Shown in pieces: positions 41,528 through 55,314 of a DNA stretch of 64,000 nt. Below the pieces are notes generated by a model, which saw only the letters and a program-made list of their open reading frames with translations, did no database searches and was not told where the DNA came from. The position numbers were made by a program, and so were the translations under genes. Numbering within the stretch: the stretch's first letter is position 1; every line of letters starts with the position of its first letter. Source of the DNA: Carcharhinus amblyrhynchos (taxonomy: Eukaryota); the NCBI GenBank assembly GCA_965287045.1, contig OZ336889.1:26412001-26476000 (forward strand), given 5' to 3'.

Positions 41528-42846
41528 ACCTGTGCTTAACCCCTTCTCCAGTCACATTGTCTGTACATTGTATTGTGGATAGAGGACTGGTTGTCAAATA
41601 GGAGGCAGAGTGTGGGGGTCAATGGGTGCTATTCAGATTGGCGGTTGGTGACTAGTGGAGTGCCTCAGGGGTCGGTGCTGGGGCCTCAGCTATTTACCAT
41701 TTATATAGATGATCTGGAGGAGGGAACTGAGTGTATGGTGTCAAAATTTGCTGATGACACCAAGATTGGTGGAAAGGCAAATTGTGCGGAGGGTGTGGAA
41801 AGTCTGCAGATAGGCTGGGCGAATGGGCCAGGAACTGGCAAATGGAATTTAATGTTGGCAAGTGCGAGGTGGTCCACTTTGGTAGGAATAATGGTAGGAA
41901 GGATTATTACTTACGTGGAGAAAAACTGCAGCAGGCGACGGTGCAGAGGGACCTCAGGGTCCTTGTGCATGAGTCGCAAAAACCCAGCTTGCAGGTGGTC
42001 AGGAAGGTGAATGGGATGCTGGCCTTCATAACGAGGGGGATTGAATATAAAAGTAGGGAGGTCTTGCTGCGGCTGTATAGGGCATTGGTGAGGCCACAGC
42101 TGGAGTACTGTGTGCAGTTTTGGGCGCTGTGCTTACGCAAGGATATTTTGGCCTTGGAGGGAGTGCAGAGGAGGTTTACTAGGCTGATGCCAGAGTTGAG
42201 GGGGTTGAGCTATGAGGAGAGGCTGAATAAACTAGGCTTGTACTCGTTAGAGTTTAGAAGAATGAGGGGAGATCTCATTGAGACGTATAAGATGATGAAT
42301 GGGATGGATAGGATAGAGGTGGAGAGACTCTTCCCACTCAGAAAGGACAGTAGGACTAGGGGGCACAGCCTCAAAATAAAGGGGGGGCGGTTTAGAACAG
42401 AGTTGAGGAGGAACTTCTTCACTCAAAGGGTGGTGAATCTCTGGAATTCTCTGCCCATTGAAGTGGTGGAGGCTACCTCGCTAAATGTTTTTAAGACGCG
42501 GGTTGATGGGTTTTTGATAAGAGAGGGGATTAAGGGTTATGGGGAGAGGGCGGGAATGTGGAACTGAGCCACGACAGATCAGCCATGATCTTATTGAATG
42601 GCGGGGCAGGCTCGAGGGGCCAGATGGCCTACTCCTGCTCCTATTTCTTATGTTCTTATGTACCTGAAAAGACTTGATTACCTGTTAAGACTCGCATTCT
42701 AACCATTATCTTGTAATTGAGTCTGTCTCTACATATGCCCTGTTTGTGAACCCAATCTTGCACTCACTTGATAAAGGGTAGTGCTTTGAAAGCTCGTGCT
42801 ACTAAATAAACCTGTTGAGCTTTAACCTGGTGTTGTGAGACTTCTT
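41528..42846 (+). mobile_element. Penelope-like fragment (41528-41565 plus 42664-42846) split by a young CR1
   Basis: Ends with TAAATAAACCTGTTGAGCTTTAACCTGGTGTTGTGAGACTTCTT; flanked by ATTGA(C/T)CCTTTA at 41516-41527 and 42847-42858. Confidence 0.7.
41573..42660 (+). mobile_element. Young 5'-truncated CR1 LINE (RT C-terminal half and 3' UTR)
   Basis: ORFs 41573-42010 and 41782-42567 encode [28 protein letters not shown] and LVRPQLEYCVQFW; (TTCTTATG)n tail; TGTAC on both sides. Confidence 0.95.
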
Positions 42847-45250
42847 ATTGATCCTTTAGGTGATGAGAAGTGGGATTTTTTAACTGGAAATGAAGAAATG
42901 GCTGAGGCATTGAACAGGTATTTTGTGTTAGTCTTCACAGTGGAAGACACGAATAACATGCTAAAAATTGGTGACAGGAAGGCTATGGCAGGTGAGGACC
43001 TAGAAATGATCATTATTACTAAAGATATAGTGCTGGACAAGCTAATGAGGTTAAAGGTAGGCAAGCCTCTTGGCCCTGATGGAATGCATTCCAAAGTACT
43101 AAAAGAGATGGTGGGGAAATGGCAAATGCACTAATGGTAATTTACCAAAATTCGCTGGACTCTGGGGCTGTTCTGGCACATTAGAAAACAGCAAATGTGA
43201 CTCCACTGTTTAAAAAAAGGAGGTAGTCAAAAGATGGGTAACTGTAAGCTGGTAGCTTAACTTCTGAGGTGGGGAAAATGCTTGAAAGAAATAGTGAGAC
43301 ATTTGGATAGAAGTTGTCCCATTGGACAGAAGCAGCATGGGTTCATAAAACGCAGGTCATATTCAACTATTTTACTGTAATCCTTTGAGGACATTACGAA
43401 TGTGGTGGACAACGGGGAACTAGTGGATGTGGTGTATCTGATTTCCAGAAGGCATTCAACAAGGTGCTGCACAAAAGGCTGCTGCATAAGATAAAGGTGC
43501 ACAGTGTTACAGATAATGTATTAGCATGGTGAGAGGACTAACTGACTAACAGAAAGGAAAGAGTGTGGATAAATCGGTGTTTTTCTGGTTGGCTTCAAGG
43601 ATCAGTAACAATTGGCTTCAAGGAACAGTGTAGGGACTAATTGTTGACAATTTACATGGATGATTTGGAGTTAGGGACCAAGTGTAGTGTGTCAAAGTTT
43701 GCAGATGACACTAAGATAAGTGGTAGAGCAAAATGTGCAGAGGATATTAAAAGTCTGCAGAGGGATATAGATAGTTTAAGTCAGTGGGCAAGGTTCTGGC
43801 AGATGGAGTACAATGTTGGTAAGTGTGATAGGAATAACAGCAAAATGGATAATTATTTAAATGGTAAGAAATTGCAGCATGCTGTTGTGCAAAAGGACCT
43901 GGGTGTCCTTCTACATGAATCACAAAACGTTGGTTTGCAGGGCAGCAGGTAATTAAGAAGGCAAATGGAATTTTGTCTTTCATTGCTAGAGGGATGGAGT
44001 TTAAAAACAGTGAGGTTACGTTGCAGCTGTACAAGATGCTGGTGAGGCCACACCATCTACAATTTTGGTCTCCTTACTTGAGAAAGGATATACTGGCACT
44101 GGAAGGGGTGCAGAGGAGATTCACTAGGTTGATTCTGGAGTTGTGAAGATTGGCTTATGAGAGAGACTCAGTAACTGGGACTATACTCACTAGAATTTAG
44201 TAGAATTAGGGAGAGATCTCATAGAAATATATAAAATAATGAAGGGACTAGATAAAGTAACAGAGAGGTTGTTTCCACTAGCAGATGAAACTGGAACTAG
44301 GGGGCAGAGCCTCAAAATAAGGGGAAAGCAGATTTAGGACTGAGTTGAGGAGGAATCTCTTCACCCAAAGGGTTGTGAATCTGAGGAATTCCCTGCCCAG
44401 TGAAGCAGAGGAGTCTACCTTGTTGAATGTTTTTAAGGCAAAGATAAATAAATTTTTGAACAGTAAAATAATTAAGGGTTATGATAAGAGGGCGGGTATG
44501 TGGAGCTGAGCCCTCAAAGATCAGCCATGATCTTATTGAATGGCAAAGCAGGTGCGAAGGGCCAGATGGCCTACTCCTAATCTGAGTTCTTATGTTCTCA
44601 TAAGATGACTGCCATGAGTGAACTTTCTGGAAAAAAGGACTTGCATTTCTATAATGCCTTTCACAACCTCAGAGCTCCCCAAAGCATTTTACAGCCTATT
44701 ATAGCTGCATTGCAATACAGGATTATTGAAGCATTTGATAAAAGTGATATTATTCAGCTGCCAGTCTTTTTTGTTAGATTATTTAAAAGTGCCACTGGAA
44801 ATTGATTTTTTTTTAAACCAAGTACCAAAAGGTGTGCTATAGTTAGGATATAGAATTCAGTATATTACAAAATAATACAAAATTAGATGTTTTAACTTCT
44901 GAGTCACACAGCTAGAATACTGCAGTTCCCACTTGTATATTCGCTACATCAGCATCACGCAAAGAATATCCTTAAAAATACAAACACGTAAAGGAGAACA
45001 TAATATTTCAAAGCAGAGCATTCAGGTTTAGATTACCTGCATTTGACAAACCTTTCCATTTCTGAAACTTGATCATACATAATAACAATTACATGATGGT
45101 TTTAAGTTAGTATTTAGGTTAGAAGTTTTTGGCTAGAGGTTTCCTCCTAAGTTATGTAGCAGATGGCAAAATACTCCCATTGATGTATCAAAGTAAAACT
45201 TGTACATAATTAAGAATATGTTGTTTCATTGCTGTACATTGGATACATGA

Positions 45251-47771
45251 ACATAAGAACATAAGAAATAGGAGCAGGAGTAGGCCATCCAGCCCTTCAA
45301 GCCTGCCCCGCCATTCAATAAGATCATGGCTGATCTGTCGCTGCTCAGTTCCACTTTCCCGCCCTCTCACCATAACCCTTAATCCCCTCTCCTATCAAAA
45401 ACCCATCAACCCGCGTCTTAAAAATATTTAGCAAGGCAGCCTCCACCACTTCAACGGGCAGAGAATTCCAGAGATTCACCACCCTTTGAGTTAAGAAGTT
45501 CCTCCTCAACTCCGTTCTAAACCGCCCCCCTTTTATCTTGAGGCTGTGCCCCCTAGTCCTACTGTCTTTTTTGAGCGGGAAGAGTCTTTCCACCTCTATC
45601 CTATCCATCCCATTCATCATCTTATACGTCTCAATGAGATCTCCCCTCATTCTTCTAAACTCTAATGAGTACAAGCCCAGTTTATTCAGCCTCTCCTCAT
45701 AGCTCAACCCCCTCAACTCCGGTATCAGCCTAGTAAACCTCCTCTGCACTCCCTCCAAGGCCAAAATATCTTTGCGCAGGTGCGGCGCCCAAAACTGCAC
45801 ACAGTACTCCAGCTGCAGCCTCACCAATACCCTATACAGCCGCAGCAAGACCTCCCTACTTTTATATTCAATCCCCCTCACTATGAAGGCCAGCATCCCA
45901 TTCGCCTTCCTGACCACCTGCTGCACCTGCAAGTTGGGTTTTTGCGACTCATGCACAAGGACCCCGAGGTCCCTCTGCACCGTCGCCTGCTGCAGTTTTT
46001 CGCCATGTAAGTAATAGTCCTTCCTACCATTCTTCCTACCAAAGTGGACCACCTCACACTTGCCAACATTAAATTCCATTTGCCATTTCCTGGCCCATTC
46101 GCCCAGCCTATCTAGATCCTTCTGCAGACTCTCCACACCCTCCGCACAATTTGCCGTTCCCCCAATCTTTGTCATCAGCAAATTTCGACACTCTACACTC
46201 GGTTCCCTCCTCCAGTTCATCTATATAAATGGTAAAAAGCTGAGGCCCCAGCACCGACCCCTGGGGCACTCCACTAGTCACCATCCGCCAATCCGAATAG
46301 CACCCGTTGACCCCCACTCTCTGCCTCCTATTTGACAACCAATCCTCTATCCACGCTAACACCCTACCCCCAACTCCATGACACTCGACCTTCTGCAATA
46401 ACCTTTTGTGAGGCACTTTGTCAAACGCCTTCTGAAAATCTAGAAAGACCACATCCACCGGCTCTCCTCTATCGACTGCCCTGGACACATCCTCATAGAA
46501 CTCCAGTAAATTTGTCAGACACGACTTCCCTTTAATGAAACCGTGCTGCGTCTGCTCTATCAAGCAATTCCCTTCAAGATGACTCGCAATTTCCTCCTTA
46601 ATGACAGATTCTAACATTTTACCTACCACAGACGTTAAACTAACCGGCCTATAATTCCCCGCCTTTTGCCTGGCACCCTTCTTAAACAACGGTGTAACAT
46701 TAGCCGTTTTCCAATCATCCGGCACTTCCCCGGAATCCAGCGACGTCTGGAAAATAACCACCAAGGCATCCACTATCACCTCTGCCATTTCTTTCAGAAC
46801 CCTCGGATGCATTCCATCCGGTCCTGGGGACTTGTCCACAATCAGCCCCTCCAGTCTGTCGAGCACCGCCTCTCTAGTAACAGTAATGTCATTAAGACCC
46901 TCCAGTCCTACCACCTTTCCATCGCTAACACCCGGCAAATTATTCACGTCCTCCTCCGTGAAGACAGAAACAAAAAAGTTATTCAATACCTTAGCCATAT
47001 CCCCATCCCCTACCACTAGGTCCCCTTTCTTATCCTCTAAAGGACCAACATTCACCCTAGCCAGCCTCTTCCTTTTTATATATTTATAAAAACTCTTGCT
47101 ATCCTTTTTTATATTAAGCGCTAGCCCAGCTTCATAGTTTCTCCTACCCTTCTTTATCAACTTCTTTGTCAATCTTTGTTGACATTTAAACCTCTCCCAA
47201 TCCTCTTCTCGCCCACTACTCTTACTACTCTAAACGCCTCCGCTTTTAATTTAATACTTTCCTTCACCTCTTTTGTTATCCACGGCTTATTACCTCTCCT
47301 CCTACAGTCCTTTTTGACCATCGGAATAAATTTCCGCTGAGCAACAAGAAAGATCTCCTTAAAGATCCTCCACTGCTCCTCAACAGACCCTCCCTCCAAC
47401 GCGCTCCCCCAGTCCACATTCGCTAATTCTTCTCTCATCCTACCGTACTCCCCTCTATTCAAACAAAGGACGCGTGTCCGGGAACCCACTTTCTCCTCCT
47501 CCATCTGCACCAGAAACTCCACCATACAATGATCACTCTCCCCAAGAGGATCCTTCACCACAAGGTCCCTAATTCTACCCGCTTCATTACATAGCACCAG
47601 ATCCAAGATAGCTCGCTCCCTCGTCGGCTCCAACACACACTGTTCGAGGAAACTATCCCAGCAGCATTCCAAGAACTCTTCCTCGAGCCCCCCACGTCCA
47701 ACATGGGTCGACCAATCAATATGCAGATTGAAATCCCCCATAACTATGGCCGTCCCATTCCTGCACACATG
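45251..47771 (-). mobile_element. Young CR1 LINE, about 2.5 kb of ORF2 (end of APE endonuclease plus RT) broken by two frameshifts
   Basis: ORFs 47169-47774 (GDFN, ILDLVL, LGESDH), 46108-47172 ([34 protein letters not shown]) and 45345-46220; (TTCTTATG)n tail; possible CATGA TSD. Confidence 0.97.
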
Positions 47772-47966
47772 CATGACATGTGCTTATTTCTTAGCAATTA
47801 AGTCATGATGTCCTAGACTTCATTCCTTTTTCCTATGTTGGTGGATTTTGGCTGACGTAGGCAATATTGCAATTTCCTTAGAATCTGCAAGTTAGGGAGA
47901 TGGAAAGTATCAAGTATGGTATCTTGCCACTAGTTGCTGTTCAGTAAGCTCTGCTGAAAAGTCAAT

Positions 47967-48093
47967 GGCCGAAATTCTCCAGTCTTGTATGCCCTGCCAA
48001 CAAGAACAGTGAATTTGGCGTTCAGCCAAATCTCCATTCACTGTAGTGGGACCGGAGAATCCCAGCCACAGGTGAGGTTGGAGAATCTCGGCC
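47967..48093. mobile_element. 127-bp MITE with 14-bp terminal inverted repeats (probably Harbinger-type)
   Basis: GGCCGAAATTCTCC ... GGAGAATCTCGGCC (13/14 match); internal sequence recurs at about 53808-53865. Confidence 0.7.
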
Positions 48094-48588
48094 TATGTGT
48101 AGACATTGGCTTGGTATGGATGCCCACCCACGTTATCCATTTGCTTACTAACATTTACTGTCTGGCTTCACCTATGAAGATCAGTCACATGGAATAACCT
48201 GCCAGGAAGCTGTCAGCACTCCTAAAATTGTACCTCATGATGCTTCACCAAGTTGAAGAAAGAGAAAATGTACTTTTTCCCAATGTACCCAAACAGCTTT
48301 GGCTTTCTATATAATATATTGGCAATAAAATCATTGGTGTCAACTGGCATGACCTCATGAGTCAATGAGTTGGAGGCATGATGGGATTTATGGCAGGGCT
48401 CAGAAAACAGTCTATCTTACAACAAAGTCTCCTTCCTCAGCAAATAGTTTATTTAAATGCTGCATGACAGCAAACCACATTTAGAGTCAGTATTAATCAA
48501 CACTTTTAAATTTCCCTTAAAAATAGATCATATAGTCTAATTCTCTACTATAATCCCAATTTTATTTAAAATAATTCCCTTTTCTTTA

Positions 48589-48764
48589 GTGGATTGGCCA
48601 TGCTAAATTGCCCCTTAGTGTCTCAGGGTCTGTGAATTAGCAGAGTAAATACGTGGGGTTTCGGTGGGGGGGGGGGAAAGGGGAAGAAGAGTTGGATGCC
48701 CTGACCGTTGGTGCAGATTCAGTGGGCCAAATGGCTTCCTTCTGCGCAGTAGAGATTCTATGAT
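48589..48764 (+). mobile_element. HE1/V-SINE-like 3' fragment
   Basis: GGATTGGCCATGCTAAATTGCCCCTTAGTGTC through GATTCTATGAT tail. Confidence 0.8.
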
Positions 48765-50248
48765 CCAAGTTATGGATTTCAAAGTTCGAGTCAGTGCTAC
48801 TATGGTTTCTCTCCTACAGAGCTTCTGGTCCGTAGTGTTTGCACTGTGGTTTCTGTGTCAGTATAAAGTGGTTTTCCTTTGCAGTAATGTTAAGAAGTTG
48901 TGATGTAAATCCAGAATCACTGACTACAGTAAATTCAGATCAAAGCAAAACGAAACTCCCACTTCCAGGGAATCTCACTATCTCTTCCCTTGGGGAGTTG
49001 TGAGGCCTTCTTTAGATTCACAGTACTGTTGCAATATCTTTGCAGCCAAAGAGAAGAATTGACATCAGTTGTTTCTCTGAACTGCAGCAGCTCTCATGCA
49101 AAATAGTTAAGAAAATTATAAATGGTCTTTAATAGATTGTGAAAAGTCACTGTATGTCATACATTTTGTATGATAGGCTCACAATCCTACTTTTTCATAC
49201 AAACCTTTTTGGGGTTTCTTTCCCCAATGCAGATCATAAGTCAGCTTGTCAAGCACGTTTTTGTTAAATTACAATGTATACTTCAGGCCCCCAAACCCAC
49301 TTACTGATTATTAGCTACTTAGGTTGGAATGACATTTAATGTTTTACTGACTTGTAACCAGGTCATTTTAAGTTTTTTTTAAATGTACTTTCCCAGTTCA
49401 TTCAACAGCCTTGCTATGTAATTAAGATTTGTAATTACACTCTTATGCACTTTTTTTGGTCTGCATCTTAGGTGGCATAACAACAGGATGCAGCCAGAGA
49501 TAACTACGACAACAGATGCCTCATGTAATTATCCCTAGTGAATGCTCAGAGAAACATTACGATGGCCACTTAAAGGCATACTTGATTATCTGAGACTCTA
49601 CAACAAGCTTATTCTTAAATGTCCTTGTGAAAATGCTTAAACTAAGTGAAAAAAGATTTTAAATAACGGCATGAGTTGGCTGCCATTATGTTAGGGCCAT
49701 CATTTTTTTGCTATACTGTTACGTTTGTAGAGTCTGTATGCAATCCTCGCACTCTTGGTGCATTTTGCTTTCATGGAGCTACTAGGAGTCAAGGAGGAGC
49801 AGAAAAATATCTTCTGAGTTGCCCACCACGCTCTGCCCCTATTTGACATGCCACAAGAGTATTAATATCGTCATGGGGGAAAAAAATATATTTTTTCAAG
49901 TGACCTTCAACTAAGACAAAAGATGAGGAGGGAAGGCAGGATTACACTACATGTTGGTACTCCAACTGCACTTGCTTTATATCCCTATTTGTATCCCTAT
50001 TTTCTCCAAACCACCTTCATTCCCTGGATGGTTTAGTATTGCCAGGGGACAGCTAATTAATCAGTATGTAAGCATTTGAGGAGACAAAAAACAAAGTGGC
50101 AATATGGTATGCAACAGCAGCCTGTATGATCTTTCTTAAATAATCCAATGCCAGGTGAAAGACTTTATGAAATTTGGTTAATTTTACAATTAACACAAAG
50201 GTGTGGGAAATTAGTACATCGCAACCTAGAAATTACTATTGATGATAA

Positions 50249-50574
50249 TCATAGAAACCCGACAGTGCAGAAAGGCCATTTGGCCCATCCAGTCTGCACC
50301 AACCACAATCCCAACCAGGCCCTACCCCATATGCCTATATAATTACTCCTAATCCTTGTAACCAACGCATCTCAGGACACTAAGGGGCAATTTTTAGCAT
50401 GGCCAATCAATCTAACCTGCACATCTTTGGACTGTGGGAGCACCCGGAGGAAACCCACGCAGACACGAGAAGAATGTGCAAACTCCACACAAACAGTGAC
50501 CCAAGCCAGGAATCGAACCCAGATCGCTGGAGCTGTGAAGCAGCAGTGCTAACCACTGTGCTACCATTCCGCCC
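50249..50574 (-). mobile_element. HE1/V-SINE-like SINE, full length
   Basis: tRNA-like head with GGTTCGATTCC B-box on the minus strand, central domain and TTCTATGA tail. Confidence 0.85.
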
Positions 50575-53413
50575 TATAACAACAGATGAATGCTAAAAAT
50601 TTTTGTGTGATATTCCTCTGTCTGATATTTTAACACTGACATTAATCTTTTTATTTTGTGAACATAAAACAAAAGCCAAGAAAAGCTGGACACATATAAG
50701 AAAGACAGTGGTAAAGTGCCAGAGTGAACATGTAACAAAAGTATTAAATTACGTAGGAGATACTAGATGGATCAGAGTAAGATTACAAGAGAGTAATCCA
50801 ATCAAGAGGCTTGAATGACATTATAAACTGCGAGGTTGAACGGCAGATTGAATTACTGGCAGTCCTCTGCCTTCGTCCAATAATTTTGTATTATTTTTAA
50901 ACCGGCCAGCATCATTGCTTCTTTTCCATCCCTGGCATTTGGTGCTGGTGCAAAATTACAGGGCACAATATGTCAGGTTCTTTCAGATACTAAATTATGA
51001 AAGCAGTGACCATGCTCCATATTGTTATTTTCTTCCCACTTTAGATGTGCAGTTCCAGGTACCATCACCAGATCACCAACATTAATATTCTGTAACCACT
51101 AGCTGCAAGAGTGGCCTGATGTGTTGATCACCAGTTTTACTGATGTGAATGCACTTTATATCTTTTTGTGAAGATTGTAATGCATTTGTATTGTGCAGGT
51201 TAGAATTTTTTAAGCAATGCTAAACTGTAGAACACGAAAAGTATAGGCTTTTCATTGTAAACCTATACTGCTATTAATAGAAATACTTGAGACAGTAGCA
51301 AAATAAACGAAGATTAGCAGTCATCATAGTATAATGTGTCTTCAATTGTCCAAGAACATAGTTATAAGAACGCTGAGTCTATAGATGTAACATTGCTTAG
51401 ACTGTTTAGAATAAATATATTCAATCTAAATAATAATTGAAACTTTTTAATTTTCTATTGTTGAATTGTTACAGATTTGTGAATATTCATGGTGAGTGGT
51501 TCTATGACCTAAAAACTTAATCAAAATTTAGAATTGTACAGGATTAGAATGGAATCTGAAGGTTAAACTATTAGTAGATTTTAAAGTTGGGAACATTTTT
51601 GATGGAATATTCTCAGTTCAGTGGAGGCGGGCTTGAAGGCAGTCTTTTCTAGAAAGAAATTTTGATCTGAAGGCATTGGGTGAGTGGCCCAACACTCTCC
51701 CACCTCTGGACAATCTTGCCAGAGGCAGGTCATCAAGGACAGCAGCTATGGGGTAGCCAATTTGAATAATTAAATCAAACACAAAAGCAAAATATTGCAG
51801 ATGCTAGAAATATGAAATAAAAACAAAAAGTGCTCTAAATACTCAGCAAGTCAAGCAGCACCCATGGAGAGAAAGATAGAGTTAACATTTCAGTTCGATG
51901 ACCTTGCATCGGGACTGAGGAAAGGTCTGTGAAAGGGTGGAGAGCAGGGGAGAATAAATGACAAAAGATTTCATGGTACAACAACCAAAGACAATTGTAA
52001 ATGATATGGCAAAGACACCAAACGTGTAGCCAGGTGAGATGTAAATGGCTGCATAGCAGATATCCAAACCCAACATGAAATGTTACAAGATCAAACCAGC
52101 AAACAAAAACACAATACATGGAATAATTAAGTACCCAATTGTGTGAGAAGGCTGGGGACACTGTGGAGACCCTCCCCTCTACCATTGGCCTCCCCACTAA
52201 GGCAAAAGACCTGCAGGTGCTGGAGGTGGCTCCTATAAGGGCTCCCTATACTCCTGAAAATTTTACCTCCTTTTTTTTGCTTAAAGGACCATATTTTCTG
52301 TAGTGTTCCCATCAGAACACACAAATTAGGAGATTTTTTTTCAAAATGCTGAGACTTTTAAATGGAAGAAAGTAAGGGACATTTCCCCCTCATGTATGTA
52401 AGAGAATTGGTTTCTTTTATTCACACAATATTTTTGGTTTGTTGTGCATTCTATTCATGGCTTATTAAATCAATTAAACAAACTCAGTTATTTTTGGAAC
52501 AGTAGCCCCCACATTGTCATTTAGACACACCTATTTTGACGTCTTTACACCAGAATTTTCTACAATAGATTGTTTGCGTTCTTTATCTTCGATAATTTCT
52601 AGCACCAAGATATAAAAAGCAACATAAGCATAGGGTTTGGTTTGCTTATTTTTACTTTTTGCAGCAGCTTATGCTTGTCACTACAGGTTTCCACATGCCA
52701 CCTGGAAATCATGTTAGCAAGGGTTGAAATTATACATTGTGGGTGGATATTGATTCGACATCATTCTAAATCAAGGGTTACTTGAAATTTTATTGCCCTA
52801 GCTCTTTGACATTGTTCATATTGCATCAATAGAAATATTGTTAGTGCTGCAATGTAACCTTACTGGTAGCAGGTGGTAGCTGGTAGCAGGATCACTTTCC
52901 TGCTCTATTCCTCCTATAAGTGTTAATTTTTAAATGATCACTGAAGCAGAAGACGAGAGTGAGTCACGGCCATCACCGTGAATGAGATACAAATTGTTTC
53001 CTGCATCTCCTCAAGCTTCTTTTATTCATACTTGTGTGAAATAATTTCAGTTAGATATAAGTATTAATTTTAAATATGAAATATGCCATGGTAGATTATG
53101 AACTCATTTCAAGAATATCATTCTAAACTGTTTCCTGTGATGTCAACAGACATAAGTTTTGAATAGTGTTTCTTCAAAATGACGTAATTACACGTTGTAT
53201 AATCGGAAAGTATTGCTTGTTTCTATGGCTGAGAAAATTAGAAAAGACTACGGAATAAATGTGCCATCTTATAGTCTCATTGCCTGCGCACACCACCCAA
53301 GCAGTCATTTACACAAAGTGGAATTATAAAGTTTCTTGCCTACAACTACAAAAATATACAGAAGAAACAAACATCATGGGTTCAGCATAAAATGAATCCA
53401 CACTTAAAGACAC

Positions 53414-53606
53414 ATGGCAAAATCTTGCTGGAATTTACGTTGGTGGGATCTTACAGTCCCGCTGGCAATGCATCCCCTGCTATGGAGGGGTGCATTCATC
53501 GGGAAAACCCGTTGACAATGCCGGGAGCATAAGATCCCACCTCTCATGGGCAGCGGACCGCCCCCCACCACCAAGATGCACACTGCAGAGAGGAAAAAAT
53601 TCCCAT
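53414..53606. mobile_element. MITE-like element with internal palindromes
   Basis: Inverted pairs GGTGGGATCTTA/TAAGATCCCACC and ATGCATCCCCT/AGGGGTGCAT. Confidence 0.55.
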
Positions 53607-54013
53607 GCATAGGAGGAGAAGTAGACCATTTGGCCCATCGAGACTGCTCTGTCATTCAGTGAGATCTATATTAGAACTTCACATCACTGTTAAAAATGTG
53701 CATTTGTAATATTTCGTGCACTCTCCATTGCTTGGATGGGTAAGTGTGAAATATTGGTCACAGTTCTTCGATCTGGTCTGCCCCTCTGCTGCTGCTCACG
53801 GGAACAAAGAATTTGGCACTCAGCCAAAACTCCATTCACAGCAGTGGGATCGGAGAATCCCAGCAATTATTTATGCAACACTTTGAGGGAGATCCAATCA
53901 TGTGTGGTCTTCCCCAATCAACAATCTATAAAAATATTTTATATTTCCCATCAAGGAAAGAAAAGTTTATGCAACCTTTTTCATTCCAGAATTTCAGTTA
54001 CCATACCACACAT

Positions 54014-54294
54014 GCAGTGCTGAAGGAGGCCATTCAGCCCCTCAAGCCTGCACCAACAACAATGCTACCCAGGCCCCACCTCCTTAATCAGAAGCTGCTC
54101 CTGACACTAAGAGGCAATTTAGCATGGCCAATCAACCTAATCCGCACATCTTTGGAGCGTGGGAGTAAACCAGAACACCTGAAGGAAACCCACACAGACA
54201 TGGGGAGAATGTGCAAACTCCACACAGTCACCCAAGGCCAGAATTGAACCTGGATCTCTGGCAGTGTGAGGCAGCAATGCTAACCACTGTGTCA
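54014..54294 (-). mobile_element. HE1/V-SINE-like SINE
   Basis: Same head, central domain and tail motifs as the 40403 and 50249 copies. Confidence 0.85.
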
Positions 54295-54333
54295 TCCCCA
54301 GTTCTAACAGTTGTGATTGACTGAGGTAAACTA

Positions 54334-55314
54334 TTTTTTTTCATTTATTGTCACAATTGAAATGTTATATCTCTTTTACTTTGAGAATGCTTTATGTGCA
54401 AGGTCAATATTCTTGCTTAAGATTGATCACTTAGCAATAATAGTGAACTTAGGTTATGACTAGAGTTACTATTGTTACCTTGACATCAGAGGTAGAATTT
54501 GAAGAAAAGCCAAACACAAAAGATGTTAATCATAATTCTATGAGTACAGCAACATTCGTTTAACAAGTTGTCCAAAGCATCAGGAAAAGGAAGCTGAATT
54601 TTTGCCATTTCGGAATGAAGAAATTCCAGGCAACACCGAGTGTGTCAGTTTCAAGTTGCCAGTCCTGGGGCTGGCAATGTCAGCAGGACTACGAGAGGAT
54701 CCCAACTACCACCTGATTAAGGCTAACTGAATTACTTCAACAATTCATTAAGAGATTGTTAGAGCAGGAAGTTCCAATTCTGCAATGGATGTACGGCTTA
54801 CACACATTGAAGCAGCAGTGCTAACCACTGTGCCCTGTGATGGACAAAGAGCCAGGGACCCAGGTTCAATTCCTGGCTTGGGTCAATCAAATTGTTGAAG
54901 TAATTTAATTAGCCTTAATCAGGCAGTAGTGGGGATTCTCTCCCTGATCTGCTGAACATTGCCAGCCCCTGGACTGGCACCTTGAAACTGACACACTATA
55001 GGTGTTGCTGGGAATTTCTGGGGGTGGGGGGCAAAAATTCAGCTTCCTTTTCCTGATGCTTTGGAGACAACTTGTTAAACGAATGTTGCTGTACTCATAG
55101 TATTATGATTAACAAAAAAATCCTGTGCTTGGCTTTGCTTCAAATTCTACCTCTGATGTCAAGGTAACAACAGTAACTCAGTCATAACCTAAGTTTCACT
55201 ATTGTTGCTAAGTGATCTATCTTAAGCATAAATAGTGATCTTGCACATAATCAAAGTATTCTCAAAGTAAAATAGATATAACATTTCAATTGTGACAATA
55301 AATGAAAAAAAAAA
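54334..55314. repeat. Long inverted repeat with arms 54334-54745 and 54890-55314
   Basis: Long perfect reverse-complement blocks such as TCATTTATTGTCACAATTGAAATGTTATATCT and CTATGAGTACAGCAACATTCGTTTAACAAGTTGT; about 85-90% identity by eye. Confidence 0.95.

Larger units (their letters stand above)
41030..44600 (+). mobile_element. Older CR1 LINE copy hosting nested insertions at 41528-42846
   Basis: LCFNKADYNGIREELAKVDW, then [27 protein letters not shown] and tail TTCTTATGTTCT; collinear across the insert. Confidence 0.85.
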
